Notes: generated from the letters alone by a model not told the origin. A DNA stretch of 63,856 bases from a bacterium (GCA_021824605.1 JAKAKH010000007.1:1-63856), one strand, 5' to 3'; shown: positions 9,906-21,209, numbered from the stretch's first letter. Numbers and translations: made by a program.

Positions 9906-10668
9906 GTATGAAAACCATCCGCGAACTTGAAACCCATTTCAACCCCCCGTCCTCCCCGCGAGAGGTATGCGGCAGAAAGAGGCTTACGGAGCGCGACGGC
10001 GCGAGTACGAGCCGCTTTTTCAGCAGAAAAAGACGGCGTACTCCTTTCTGTCGCATACCCGAGCGGGGGATTGAAGTGGGTTTCAGGGAACAAAACATAT
10101 TCCGCGGCTTCACACTCATTGAAGCCATGATTGCCGTAAGCATCCTTGCGCTTGCGGTTGCAGGGCCTCTGTTCGGCGCGAATCGCGCTATCGTTGCTGC
10201 GGAAGGCGCGCGCTACCAGCTCACCGCTTCTTATCTCGCGCAAGAAGGCGTCGAGTACGTGCGCGCGATGCGCGATGATGAGTATCTCCTCGCGTATCAG
10301 GCGGGCGGCACGAACACTTCAAGCGCCGCCTGGACCGACTTCCTTACCGGAACGGACAGCGCGGCCATCACCCAGTGTCAATCGATGGCCTGCACGCTCG
10401 ATCCGGCGCTTCCGATGGGAACCGGAAGCGGGTTCTCGCTCAACCCCTGTTCGGGCAGCGCCTGTACCCCGCTCTATCTTGCGAACAACGGCACCACGAA
10501 CTACTACACTGAGCAGAGCGGTAACGGTGCAGTAGTGCAGCCATTCACGCGCACGATACAAGCGTTCACGGTCTCTTCCACCGAAGAGCGCATCGTCTCG
10601 ACCGTGGCGTGGAATTTTCACGGTATCCCGTACACGGTTACGGTGATCGACCACCTTACGTCATGGCA

Positions 10669-10672
<4 letters not shown>
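9902..10672 (+). CDS. Minor pilin (PilV-like) with an abnormally long leader containing a palindromic insertion
   Basis: RG|FTLIEAMIAV motif at codon 70; ASYLAQEGVEYVR motif; ATGA coupling at 9902. Confidence 0.85.
9928..10085. mobile_element. 158-bp MITE/REP-like palindromic element inside the prepilin leader
   Basis: Terminal IRs tgaaacccatttcaaccccccg / cgggggattgaagtgggtttca (20 of 22 complementary) plus nested inner inverted repeats. Confidence 0.65.
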
Positions 10673-13214
<2,542 letters not shown>

Positions 13215-13226
13215 TAGAGTGCGGTG

Positions 13227-13520
13227 ATGGCAACGGCAGAAGAAGTAAAGAAGCTCGCGGCCCTCGCGCGCATCTCCTTGCCCGATGGAGAACTCGAAAA
13301 ATTCGCGAGTGAATTCGATGCGATCCTCGCCTACGTCGGACAGCTCGAGTCGCTCGATATCGCGCAGAGTTCTGCGAAAGAGAAGCCGCCGCTCCGCAAC
13401 GTCATGCGCGCGGACGGCGCGCCGCACGAAGGGGGCGTTTACACCGAAAAGCTTGCCGCGCAGTTTCCCGCGCGCGACGGCGACGCGCTTTCGGTAAAGC
13501 AGGTCATCCGCCATGACTAA
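13227..13520 (+). CDS. gatC: Asp/Glu-tRNA amidotransferase subunit C
   Basis: VKKLAALARI...ILAYVGQL...NVMRAD; overlaps gatA. Confidence 0.92.
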   Translation: MATAEEVKKLAALARISLPDGELEKFASEFDAILAYVGQLESLDIAQSSAKEKPPLRNVMRADGAPHEGGVYTEKLAAQFPARDGDALSVKQVIRHD

Positions 13521-14946
13521 GCTGAATGAACTGACGATAGCGGAAGCGGCCCGCGCGCTGCGCGCGCGGGAGTTCACCGTGCAGGCGTTATGGGACGCGT
13601 GCGCGGCCGCGGCGGCCGCGCGCAATCCGGAACTAAACGCATTTCTTGAGATTTTCGATGCCGATGATGCGGCAATTGCCGCGGCACAAAAGCGTATCGA
13701 TACTGATGGCTCCGCCGCGCCGCTCCTCTGCGGCATCCCGCTCGCGATGAAGGACAATATCCTGATAGAAGGAAAGATTGCGAGCGCCGGTTCCAGGATG
13801 CTTGAGAATTATCGCGCGACGTACGACGCGACTGTCGTGAAGAAGCTGAAAGAAGCAGGAGCACTTTTCCTCGGACGCACCAATATGGACGAGTTCGCGA
13901 TGGGTTCTTCGACCGAACATTCCGCATACGGTCCGACAAAAAATCCGCATGATACGCATCGCGTGCCCGGCGGCTCCTCCGGCGGCTCCGCCGCCGCCGT
14001 TGCCGCGCACCTCGCGATTGCGGCGCTCGGCTCAGACACCGGCGGCTCCATTCGCCAGCCGGCCGCGCACACCGGACTCGTGGGATTGAAGCCGACCTAC
14101 GGCGCTGTCTCGCGTTCGGGACTCATAGCGATGGGTTCTTCGCTCGATCAGATAGGCCCTCTCGCAAAGACAGTGGAGGATGCGCGCCTCCTCTACGAGG
14201 CTATCGCTGGGCGCGATCCGCTTGACGCGACGACGATTCCCGCCGGTCTCTACCCGGCACGTAGCATCCCCGAGAAATTCCGCATCGGCGTACCGCGGCA
14301 CCTTCTGGAAAAAGGGGTCGATGCCGACCTGCGCGCCGCGTTTGATGCGTCACTGGAGCGATTGAAAGACGCCGGACATACGCTTATCGACATAGAGTTG
14401 CCGATGAGCGCCTACGCGCTCGCGGCGTATTACGTCCTCATGCCTGCAGAAGTCTCGACCAATCTCGCGCGGCTCGACGGCATCCGTTACGGGCACGCGG
14501 TGCGCGGCGAGACACTGCTCGACGACTATCTTCTTTCGCGTACAAGCGGATTCGGGAAAGAAACGCTTCGCCGCATTTTGCTCGGCACCTTCGTGCTGTC
14601 ATCCGGCTACATCGACGCGTATTACTACAAAGCGGACGCCGCGCGCCGCGTGTTGCGTCGCGAATACGAAAAAGCGTTTGGAAAAGCCGACATCGTCGCT
14701 TTCCCGACGACGCCATCGCCGGCATTCGCTCTCGGTGAAAAGAGTGATCCGCTTTCGATGTATCTCGAAGACATTTTCACAGCGACTGCAAACCTGACCG
14801 GCATGCCGGCGCTTTCCGTTCCGATGGGTTTTGTGGAGCGTGCAGGGAAACAGCTGCCTATCGGTATGCATTTCACCGCGCCAAATCAGGCAGAGGACAC
14901 GCTTTTCGTCCTCGGCACCGCAGTGGAGAAAGCGCGCGGCGCCTAG
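13513..14946 (+). CDS. gatA: Asp/Glu-tRNA amidotransferase subunit A
   Basis: KDNI, TNMDEFAMGSSTE, PGGSSGGSAAAV, GSDTGGSIRQPA amidase signature. Confidence 0.97.
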   Translation: MTKLNELTIAEAARALRAREFTVQALWDACAAAAAARNPELNAFLEIFDADDAAIAAAQKRIDTDGSAAPLLCGIPLAMKDNILIEGKIASAGSRMLENYRATYDATVVKKLKEAGALFLGRTNMDEFAMGSSTEHSAYGPTKNPHDTHRVPGGSSGGSAAAVAAHLAIAALGSDTGGSIRQPAAHTGLVGLKPTYGAVSRSGLIAMGSSLDQIGPLAKTVEDARLLYEAIAGRDPLDATTIPAGLYPARSIPEKFRIGVPRHLLEKGVDADLRAAFDASLERLKDAGHTLIDIELPMSAYALAAYYVLMPAEVSTNLARLDGIRYGHAVRGETLLDDYLLSRTSGFGKETLRRILLGTFVLSSGYIDAYYYKADAARRVLRREYEKAFGKADIVAFPTTPSPAFALGEKSDPLSMYLEDIFTATANLTGMPALSVPMGFVERAGKQLPIGMHFTAPNQAEDTLFVLGTAVEKARGA

Positions 14947-14970
14947 CGCATCTCGTCTATACTGAAAGCG

Positions 14971-15555
14971 ATGCCCACCACTCCCGCTACGCAGCTAAAC
15001 GTCGAGTATTTTTTCCGCCTCCTGTACGATCTTTTCTATGGTACGCATGCGCCGGCAAACTATTCGGTGTTTCAGACTTTTCTCGCACACCTCTGGCTCT
15101 GGATCATCATCGTCGGCTACGCACTCTCGGTCATAGGACTTTTCGTCATTGTGTACGCCATGATACGTCTTTTCGAGCTTCGCGAGCGTGAAGAGGAACA
15201 GTACGGCACACTGCTTCTTGCACCGGAGACGGAGGGCGGCATGAACCGTCGCTGGCTGCACATCGAGTCGCTCGGGAATGGCGCAAACGCAAGCGCATGG
15301 CGCGAGGCGATTATCGAAGCCGATATCATGCTTGACGACATGCTCACCGAACAGGGGTATGCGGGCGAGGGCGTCGGCGAGAAGCTTAAAGCAGTCGAAC
15401 CGGCAGATTTCAATACGCTCCAGGACGCATGGGAGGCGCACAAAGTGCGCAATCAGATAGCGCATGAAGGTTCCGCTTTTGCTCTTTCCGAAACCCTCGC
15501 CCGCCGCACCCTCGCCCGCTACGAATCCGTCTTTCGCGAGTTCAAAATCATCTAA
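14971..15555 (+). CDS. Conserved hypothetical membrane protein
   Basis: One TM; WREAIIEADIMLD...WEAHKVRNQIAH helical domain; TATACT 7 nt upstream of ATG. Confidence 0.75.
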   Translation: MPTTPATQLNVEYFFRLLYDLFYGTHAPANYSVFQTFLAHLWLWIIIVGYALSVIGLFVIVYAMIRLFELREREEEQYGTLLLAPETEGGMNRRWLHIESLGNGANASAWREAIIEADIMLDDMLTEQGYAGEGVGEKLKAVEPADFNTLQDAWEAHKVRNQIAHEGSAFALSETLARRTLARYESVFREFKII

Positions 15556-15561
15556 AAAAAG

Positions 15562-15589
15562 TTGCAAGACGTTCCAAAATCGCTATAAT
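15562..15589 (+). promoter_or_regulatory. Sigma70 promoter of tRNA-Met
   Basis: TTGCAA-N16-TATAAT, ending 9 nt before the tRNA. Confidence 0.75.
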
Positions 15590-15598
15590 GTGGTGCAT

Positions 15599-15669
15599 AG
15601 CGGGGTAGAGGAGAGGTACCTCGGGAGGCTCATAACCTCCAGACGCCGGTTCGATTCCGGCCCCCGCAA
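15599..15669 (+). tRNA. tRNA-Met(CAT), initiator-like; CCA not encoded
   Basis: Cloverleaf: gcgggg/ccccgc acceptor with 1:72 mismatch, ggagg-ctCATaa-cctcc anticodon arm, gccgg-ttcgatt-ccggc T arm. Confidence 0.93.
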
Positions 15670-15958
15670 CACGGTTGTGACGCCAGGAACTAGTACCGAC
15701 AGGCATCAAAGTTAGTACTGTACCGCTCAGGGTGTTCACCAGAAAAAGCTCGCAAATACAATGCGAGCTTTTTCTGTTACGCAGCAAGTTCAACATATTT
15801 CCAGTTCGATTCCTTTTCTCGTATTCGGTGATGTTTTGTGTCGCAATCACATCAAAATCAACTCGATTCTGAGCAGGGGCGCTGGAATCGAACCGACAAA
15901 AGCCACTGAATACACCAGTTTCTGATTTCTCACCCCCTCGAGGGGGGCGAGAAATCAG
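15651..15958 (+). repeat. tRNA-3'-end-linked structured module, copy 1
   Basis: 31 bp identical to 18623-18653, then colinear diverged similarity with conserved hairpins. Confidence 0.85.
15741..15775. terminator. Bidirectional intrinsic terminator downstream of the tRNA
   Basis: agaaaaagctcgca ... tgcgagctttttct inverted repeat. Confidence 0.75.
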
Positions 15959-16063
15959 TTCATGTGGTAGAATTTCTCTATCTCAATAGGCGATGAGGCT
16001 CGCCGTATAACCGCTTGAAAGAGCTGATAGCTTCTACGGATTATCAGTTTTTATCTATTCCGT

Positions 16064-16570
16064 ATGAAGCCATTGTCAGCAGGAAAGAATCCACCGCACG
16101 AGATCGATGTGTACATCGAGATACCGCAGGGCTCGTCGGTGAAATATGAGCTCGACAAGGAGCTCGACGTCGTCCGTGTGGATCGCTTCCTACACACCTC
16201 GATGCAGTACCCGTTCAACTACGGCTTCATACCCGCGACGCACGCCGAGGACGGCGACCCGGCCGATGTCCTGCTCCTGTCCTCATTGCCAATAGTTCCT
16301 GGGGTCATCGTGAGCGCCCGTCCGATAGGCGTGCTTGAAATGGAGGACGAAGCCGGACCGGACAACAAGATACTCGCCGTACCGCTCGAGAAGATCGACC
16401 CTGACCTCGCACACATCAAAGACGCTCAGGATCTGAGCGAGCATGTGAAGCGGCGCATCAAACACTTCTTCGAGAGCTATAAGCAGCTTGAGAATGGGAA
16501 GTGGGTCAAGACCGGTGAGTTCCTGGGTAAGATGGAGGCTGAAGCAGAGATAAGGAAGTCGCTCGGCTGA
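16064..16570 (+). CDS. ppa: Soluble inorganic pyrophosphatase (family I)
   Basis: IEIPQGSSVKYE, YPFNYGFIP, DGDPADV, MEDEAGPDNK, HFFESYK. Confidence 0.95.
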   Translation: MKPLSAGKNPPHEIDVYIEIPQGSSVKYELDKELDVVRVDRFLHTSMQYPFNYGFIPATHAEDGDPADVLLLSSLPIVPGVIVSARPIGVLEMEDEAGPDNKILAVPLEKIDPDLAHIKDAQDLSEHVKRRIKHFFESYKQLENGKWVKTGEFLGKMEAEAEIRKSLG

Positions 16571-16571
16571 C

Positions 16572-16778
16572 GTGGCGGGACTCTTTCTTATCATCGGTCT
16601 CGTCTTCGCGCCGCTTGCGGGAGCAATCGCATTCCTCATCACGTTCCAGGAATACCGCAAACATCGCTTTTCGGGTAAACCGCTCTATCAGGCTGCCCTT
16701 AGAGCCGGGCTTTTGACATTCGCGTTCTTCCTCCTGCTCGCGCTCGCACTTGGCTATGCACTTCCCTTCATCGTATGA
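16572..16778 (+). CDS. Small two-TM membrane protein
   Basis: GTG start 1 nt after the ppa stop; two hydrophobic helices. Confidence 0.6.
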   Translation: MAGLFLIIGLVFAPLAGAIAFLITFQEYRKHRFSGKPLYQAALRAGLLTFAFFLLLALALGYALPFIV

Positions 16779-16900
16779 GAAGAGTTGGCGTAAACGGCAC
16801 CCGATCCGGGAATTCTTACTCACGCTTATTGTCTGCGCCGTGCTTCTGTTCCCGCGTATTCCGCCACGTTGACGCATAAGCTATAATTCACTGAAACGAT

Positions 16901-17353
16901 ATGGATACGCTCGCAATCTTTGGTGCAAAATATCTCTACCTATTCGCCGTAGCGATTGCCGCCGGATATTTTCTTCTGTCAGACAGGAAGAAGGAAATAG
17001 CGATCTTCTCCATTCTTGATTTGGCGGCCGTATACGTAACCGGGCTCTTAGGGAGCGCTTTGTACTACAATCCGCGCCCGTTCGTTTCAGAACACATAAC
17101 GCCTCTCATATCCCATGCTGCCGACAACGGATTTCCTTCCGACCACACGCTTCTTGTCGCGGCGCTCGCGAGCATCTTGTATTGTTATAACCGCGTCTTG
17201 GGCATTGTCGTCTTTGCTATCGCGATCCTGGTCGGTGCATCCCGGGTGTTTGCGGGCATCCACCACTCGATCGATATCATCGGTTCTCTCGGTATTGCCA
17301 TCGCGGTGACGCTCGTCGTGTATAGAATGGCCAGAAAACGCTTTTTTGCCTGA
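16901..17353 (+). CDS. PAP2-family phosphatase (undecaprenyl-PP phosphatase-like)
   Basis: RPF, FPSDH, SRVFAGIHHSID PAP2 motifs. Confidence 0.9.
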   Translation: MDTLAIFGAKYLYLFAVAIAAGYFLLSDRKKEIAIFSILDLAAVYVTGLLGSALYYNPRPFVSEHITPLISHAADNGFPSDHTLLVAALASILYCYNRVLGIVVFAIAILVGASRVFAGIHHSIDIIGSLGIAIAVTLVVYRMARKRFFA

Positions 17354-17357
17354 GATC

Positions 17358-18545
17358 ATGGAACAAGCGGAAAAGAAACGTCCGGGCAATGTGTTCTATA
17401 TCGGACTCCTGAGCTTCTTCGGCGGCATAAGCCAGGACATGTTCGTGCCGATCCTGCCGCTGTATCTCGCGAACGTTCTCGGTTTTGACAAGGCGTTCAT
17501 CGGCATCTCCGAAGGGCTCGTTACAAGCGGCGTCGCAATCTTCCGTTTCGTAGCCGGGTTCCTCTCCGACCGATTCGGCAAGAAGAAACCCATCGTTTTC
17601 ATTGGATACTTCTTCTCGCTTGTCGCAAGACCTCTCCTGGCGCTCGCGTCGATCGGGGGCGCCATTCTCGGTCTGCGCCTCCTCGACGGCATCGGCAAGG
17701 GGATGAAGGATTCGCCCAAGGATGCGCTCATTGCCGACTCTACCGACTCGCACGGGCGCGGCAAAGGATTCGGGATCGCCCGCGCGCTCGATACGCTCGG
17801 GTCTGTCGCGGGGCCTCTCATTCTCTTCGGACTCCTCTACCTCCTCCAAGGGAATGCACTCAAGTATCACATCATCCTCTTTCTTTGCGCGATCCCGCTC
17901 CTCGTGACGCTCGCGGTTCTCGTCTTTAAAGTCAGAGAGGTACCGACACAAACAAAGGAGCTCGACGCCCCGGCTGCCTTCACTCTCCCACGGCGGTTCT
18001 ACGTGTTCCTTGGCATCGTGCTGTTGTTCAGTATCGGCAACTCCTCCGACGCCTTCCTCATCTTGCGTGCGCAGAATCTTGGTGTCGTGCTTCTCGTCAT
18101 TCCGCTCGTCTATGCGCTCTTCAATTTCGTGTACGCGAGCGCGTCCATACCGCTCGGAAGCCTTTCCGACCGCATCGGGCGTGAGAAAGTTATCCTGCTC
18201 GGATGGGCCGCTTACGCGCTTGCGTACCTCGGATTCGCAAAGGCAGACGCCGCGTGGCAGGTCTGGGCACTCTTCGCGTTCTATGGCCTCTACTATGCGA
18301 CGACCGAGGGTGTCGCCAAGGCGTTTGTTGCCGATATGGTGTCGCCAGAGCGGCGCGGGCGCGCTTATGGAATCTATAACACCGCTGTCGGGCTCATCGC
18401 GCTCCCCGCGAGCTACATTGCCGGGCTTCTCTGGGACCGCATAAGTCCGGCCGCCCCGTTCTATTTCGGCGCTTCGTTTGCGATCGCCGCGTGTGTCGCA
18501 CTAGTATTGTTTTTATGGCTCTCGCCAAAAAGTCACGCTGAATGA
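17358..18545 (+). CDS. MFS transporter
   Basis: GFLSDRFGKK and GSLSDRIGRE motif A; about 12 TMs. Confidence 0.92.
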   Translation: MEQAEKKRPGNVFYIGLLSFFGGISQDMFVPILPLYLANVLGFDKAFIGISEGLVTSGVAIFRFVAGFLSDRFGKKKPIVFIGYFFSLVARPLLALASIGGAILGLRLLDGIGKGMKDSPKDALIADSTDSHGRGKGFGIARALDTLGSVAGPLILFGLLYLLQGNALKYHIILFLCAIPLLVTLAVLVFKVREVPTQTKELDAPAAFTLPRRFYVFLGIVLLFSIGNSSDAFLILRAQNLGVVLLVIPLVYALFNFVYASASIPLGSLSDRIGREKVILLGWAAYALAYLGFAKADAAWQVWALFAFYGLYYATTEGVAKAFVADMVSPERRGRAYGIYNTAVGLIALPASYIAGLLWDRISPAAPFYFGASFAIAACVALVLFLWLSPKSHAE

Positions 18546-18613
18546 CGGGTGCCGGAATCGAACCGAAGTCGTAAAGAAAATAGCGAGGGATTATGCGGCG
18601 AACGGAGGTGAAG

Positions 18614-18914
18614 TCAATTCCTGCCCCCGCAACACGGTTGTGACGCCAGGAACCAGTACCGACAGGCATCAAAATTGGTACTGTTCCGGCGCCCCTAAAA
18701 GACCAAAAACCCGCGTATTTCCATACGCGGGTTTTTGGGTTATGTAGCAAATACAACAAATAGCCAGTTCGATTCCAACTCTCGTATTCGAAGCAGTTCT
18801 GTGTCGCAATCACACGAAAATCAATCCGATTTTGAGCATGGGCGCGGGAATCGAACCGGCAGGGGCCAATGAATACGCCGGTTCTATATTCCTGCCCTCG
18901 TAAGGGAGCAGGAA
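18614..18914 (+). repeat. tRNA-3'-end-linked structured module, copy 2 (att-like)
   Basis: tcaattcctgcccccgcaac matches the tRNA 3' end; colinear with 15651-15958 at offset 2963. Confidence 0.85.
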
Positions 18915-19037
18915 GTTATCGGGAAATATGACCTAAAACTGAGAAGCAACAGAGAGAATCTCTCTAGATATATATTGATTATTTATATTTGTGTGATACA
19001 ATTTCACGCGGAAGTTAAATTGAAAGGAGAATTGATC

Positions 19038-20033
19038 ATGAACGAGTGGATTGCAATTGTGTCGTATTCGACAGACCTGCATGCCGAGCATGTTTTGAAG
19101 AGCTTGGTGAGTCAGGGCGCTAAGCCCGTCTTACTGGACCTTGGCGAATATCCTGAGGGAATTCAGATATCGGTCGGGCTAAATAGCGAAGCTCATACAA
19201 GCGTTTCTTTCGAGGTTCGAGGTGAAATCTTGCATGGAGAAGATCTTAAAAGCGTGTGGTGGCGGAGGCCTCTCGGCGCTTATCAGGATGAGTGCGTGGA
19301 TCTTCAGCGTCGATATATTGCTAGCGAGGGAGAAGCTATTACAAGGTCCTTATCGGATCTCTTACCTGCAGCTCACTGGATCTCTGATCCCGACGCAACG
19401 CGAGTTGCCGGCCGTAAGCCAAAGCAACTCGCGCTCGCCGCTAATCTTGGATTCCGTGTTCCTGATTCACTGGTCAGTAATTCGGCTATTGCGATTGAGA
19501 AATTTCTCGATCGCAATGGTGATCGTCCGATTATCTTGAAGGCTGTCAATAGCGCCTTCATTCGTCTCAATCCGAAAGCTCGGGACGATGAAGGTGTGAA
19601 TCGGGTGGTGTATACCAAGCTCGTGCAGCCAGATTTCATCCGTCTGCATCTCTCAAATATTGCCGTATGCCCGTTTATCGTGCAGGAGGCGATATTCAAG
19701 ACTGAAGATATTCGAGTAACCGTTGTCGGAGACGAAGTTTTCGCGATGGGTATCCGGACAAAAATGAAAATCGGCGATGAGCTCGTGGTCGACTGGCGAA
19801 AGATGGATGCAGACCGCGATTATTTCCGGCACGAATTACCGGACGCTGTCGCGGATCTTTGTAGGAAGATAACACAGGAGCTTGGTCTTAAGTTCGGGTG
19901 CATCGACCTGGCCTATTCCGAAGATAATGGATACACGTTCTTCGAAATTAATCCGCAAGGGCAATGGCTTACGTCTGAAGTTCTGCTTAAGTTTCCGATT
20001 ACGGCCGCATTGACCGCACTCTTGCTTAGTTGA
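19038..20033 (+). CDS. MvdC/MvdD-family ATP-grasp ligase (graspetide synthetase)
   Basis: SVWWRRP, KPKQLALAANLGFRVPDSLVSN, PFIVQE, DIRVTVVG, DWRK, LGLKFGCIDL, FFEINPQGQW; SD gaaaggag. Confidence 0.88.
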   Translation: MNEWIAIVSYSTDLHAEHVLKSLVSQGAKPVLLDLGEYPEGIQISVGLNSEAHTSVSFEVRGEILHGEDLKSVWWRRPLGAYQDECVDLQRRYIASEGEAITRSLSDLLPAAHWISDPDATRVAGRKPKQLALAANLGFRVPDSLVSNSAIAIEKFLDRNGDRPIILKAVNSAFIRLNPKARDDEGVNRVVYTKLVQPDFIRLHLSNIAVCPFIVQEAIFKTEDIRVTVVGDEVFAMGIRTKMKIGDELVVDWRKMDADRDYFRHELPDAVADLCRKITQELGLKFGCIDLAYSEDNGYTFFEINPQGQWLTSEVLLKFPITAALTALLLS

Positions 20034-20082
20034 AGTTTCTGGCCGTATACGGTATAAGACATGGAGAAAGGAGGTGATCAAA

Positions 20083-20238
20083 ATGCAAGACGCAAAGGAA
20101 AAGGCAAATACTACCGTACCACTGACGTTCCTCGTCGCTCAGCCGATTGAGACTGAAATCAAGGCTGCACAGGCGTATGGTTATTCGATGGAAATCGATA
20201 CCAAGCAGCCCAACGGCGACGGATCCGATACTGTCTAG
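20083..20238 (+). CDS. Putative graspetide precursor, 51 aa: MQDAKEKANTTVPLTFLVAQPIETEIKAAQAYGYSMEIDTKQPNGDGSDTV (not in ORF track)
   Basis: SD aaggaggtga, ATG 20083, TAG 20238, directly after the ATP-grasp gene, followed by a terminator. Confidence 0.8.
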   Translation: MQDAKEKANTTVPLTFLVAQPIETEIKAAQAYGYSMEIDTKQPNGDGSDTV

Positions 20239-20253
20239 TTCGGGTCTTTACAC

Positions 20254-20295
20254 ACAGACGATGCGTTCCAACGCGTCGTCTGTTCTTTTTATTTT
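20254..20295 (+). terminator. Intrinsic terminator after the precursor peptide
   Basis: acagacgatgcgtt-cc-aacgcgtcgtctgt followed by a T-rich tract. Confidence 0.85.
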
Positions 20296-20316
20296 GGTGC
20301 CGTACAATATTAATAC

Positions 20317-20814
20317 ATGCTGAATTCTGAATTATCTGAGCGTCTTTTACAGTTGCTCGCAGAGGACCAGGATGGCCTGAGACAATATAGAGCAGGAACG
20401 CTCTCTCTTGGAGAGATAAACCGTGCTATTCGTGTGCGTACAGAGGAGGCACGCAAGATTTTTAAAATCGAATTTCCGAAAAAGCGACTTGTCGGTGAGG
20501 ATGCTTATCGGGCATTTATTGCGCTTGTTCTGCATTCCGATGATCCTGAATTTATGGATCAGGTTGCGAATACTATTCGTGCATCCGAGACGGAAGATGC
20601 TGATAAATCTCACGCAGCATTTATTATCGATAAATTGCTGGTGCGAGAAGGGAAACCACAGCGGTACGGAACACAATACAGTGCAATAAACGAGGATGGT
20701 TCTGTAGCATTCGTGCCTTTCGAAGATCCAAAAGAAATCGACTCGCGACGAGCAGAGATTGGACTATCATCCATGAAAGAATACGAGGAAACGATTCGAA
20801 AGATTAGGGTTTAA
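20317..20814 (+). CDS. DUF6624-like protein
   Basis: EDQ..R, IDKLLVREGKPQRYGTQY, IDSRRAEIGL. Confidence 0.75.
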   Translation: MLNSELSERLLQLLAEDQDGLRQYRAGTLSLGEINRAIRVRTEEARKIFKIEFPKKRLVGEDAYRAFIALVLHSDDPEFMDQVANTIRASETEDADKSHAAFIIDKLLVREGKPQRYGTQYSAINEDGSVAFVPFEDPKEIDSRRAEIGLSSMKEYEETIRKIRV

Positions 20815-20861
20815 TCTGACGTAGGAATCAGATTCGATTCGAGAAGAAATAACGAAGCAAT

Positions 20862-21203
20862 ATGCAGCACCAGATGAAATTATCGACAGAACCTTTCAAC
20901 CAGATTGCATCTGGCGCGAAAGTTATCGAGTCCCGCCTCTACGACGAGAAACGCCAGCAGATTGCGCTCGGTGACGAGATAGAATTCAGCGAGAATGATC
21001 ATCCTGAAAACAAGGTATACACGAAGGTCATCGAGCTTCTTCGCTACCAATCGTTTAAAGACCTTTTTGTCGATCACGAGCCAGCACTCTTCGGCGGCGA
21101 GAGTCGTGAATTCCTCCTCAATCAGATTAAACAGTTCTACTCGGACGAAGACGAGCAGAAGTACGGTGTGGTGGGTGTGCGAATCGAAAAGGTGAGTGTC
21201 TAG
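20862..21203 (+). CDS. ASCH/PUA-like domain protein
   Basis: HQMKL..PF..I.SG.K.IE.RL.DEKRQ.I..GD.IEF. Confidence 0.88.
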   Translation: MQHQMKLSTEPFNQIASGAKVIESRLYDEKRQQIALGDEIEFSENDHPENKVYTKVIELLRYQSFKDLFVDHEPALFGGESREFLLNQIKQFYSDEDEQKYGVVGVRIEKVSV

Positions 21204-21209
21204 CCTAAC

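Noticed and set aside
15672..15740. SRP RNA, 6S RNA or tmRNA downstream of the tRNA
   Set aside because: No SRP GNRA/AGCAG domain IV motif, no tag ORF or tRNA-like 5' end; left as an unknown structured repeat
16777..16872. Short hydrophobic frame EKSWRKRHPIREFLLTLIVCAVLLFPRIPPR
   Set aside because: No start codon of its own and no recognisable family; at most a gene remnant
15548..18813. Paralogous minus-strand ORFs 15548-15850 and 18394-18813 (MIATQN...)
   Set aside because: They run antisense through the tRNA, terminators and the MFS gene; their similarity just reflects the non-coding repeat
20061..20150. Alternative ORF MEKGGDQNARRKGKGKYYRTTDVPRRSAD overlapping the graspetide precursor
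   Set aside because: No SD, and it overlaps the SD and ORF at 20083, which fits the terminator and enzyme context better
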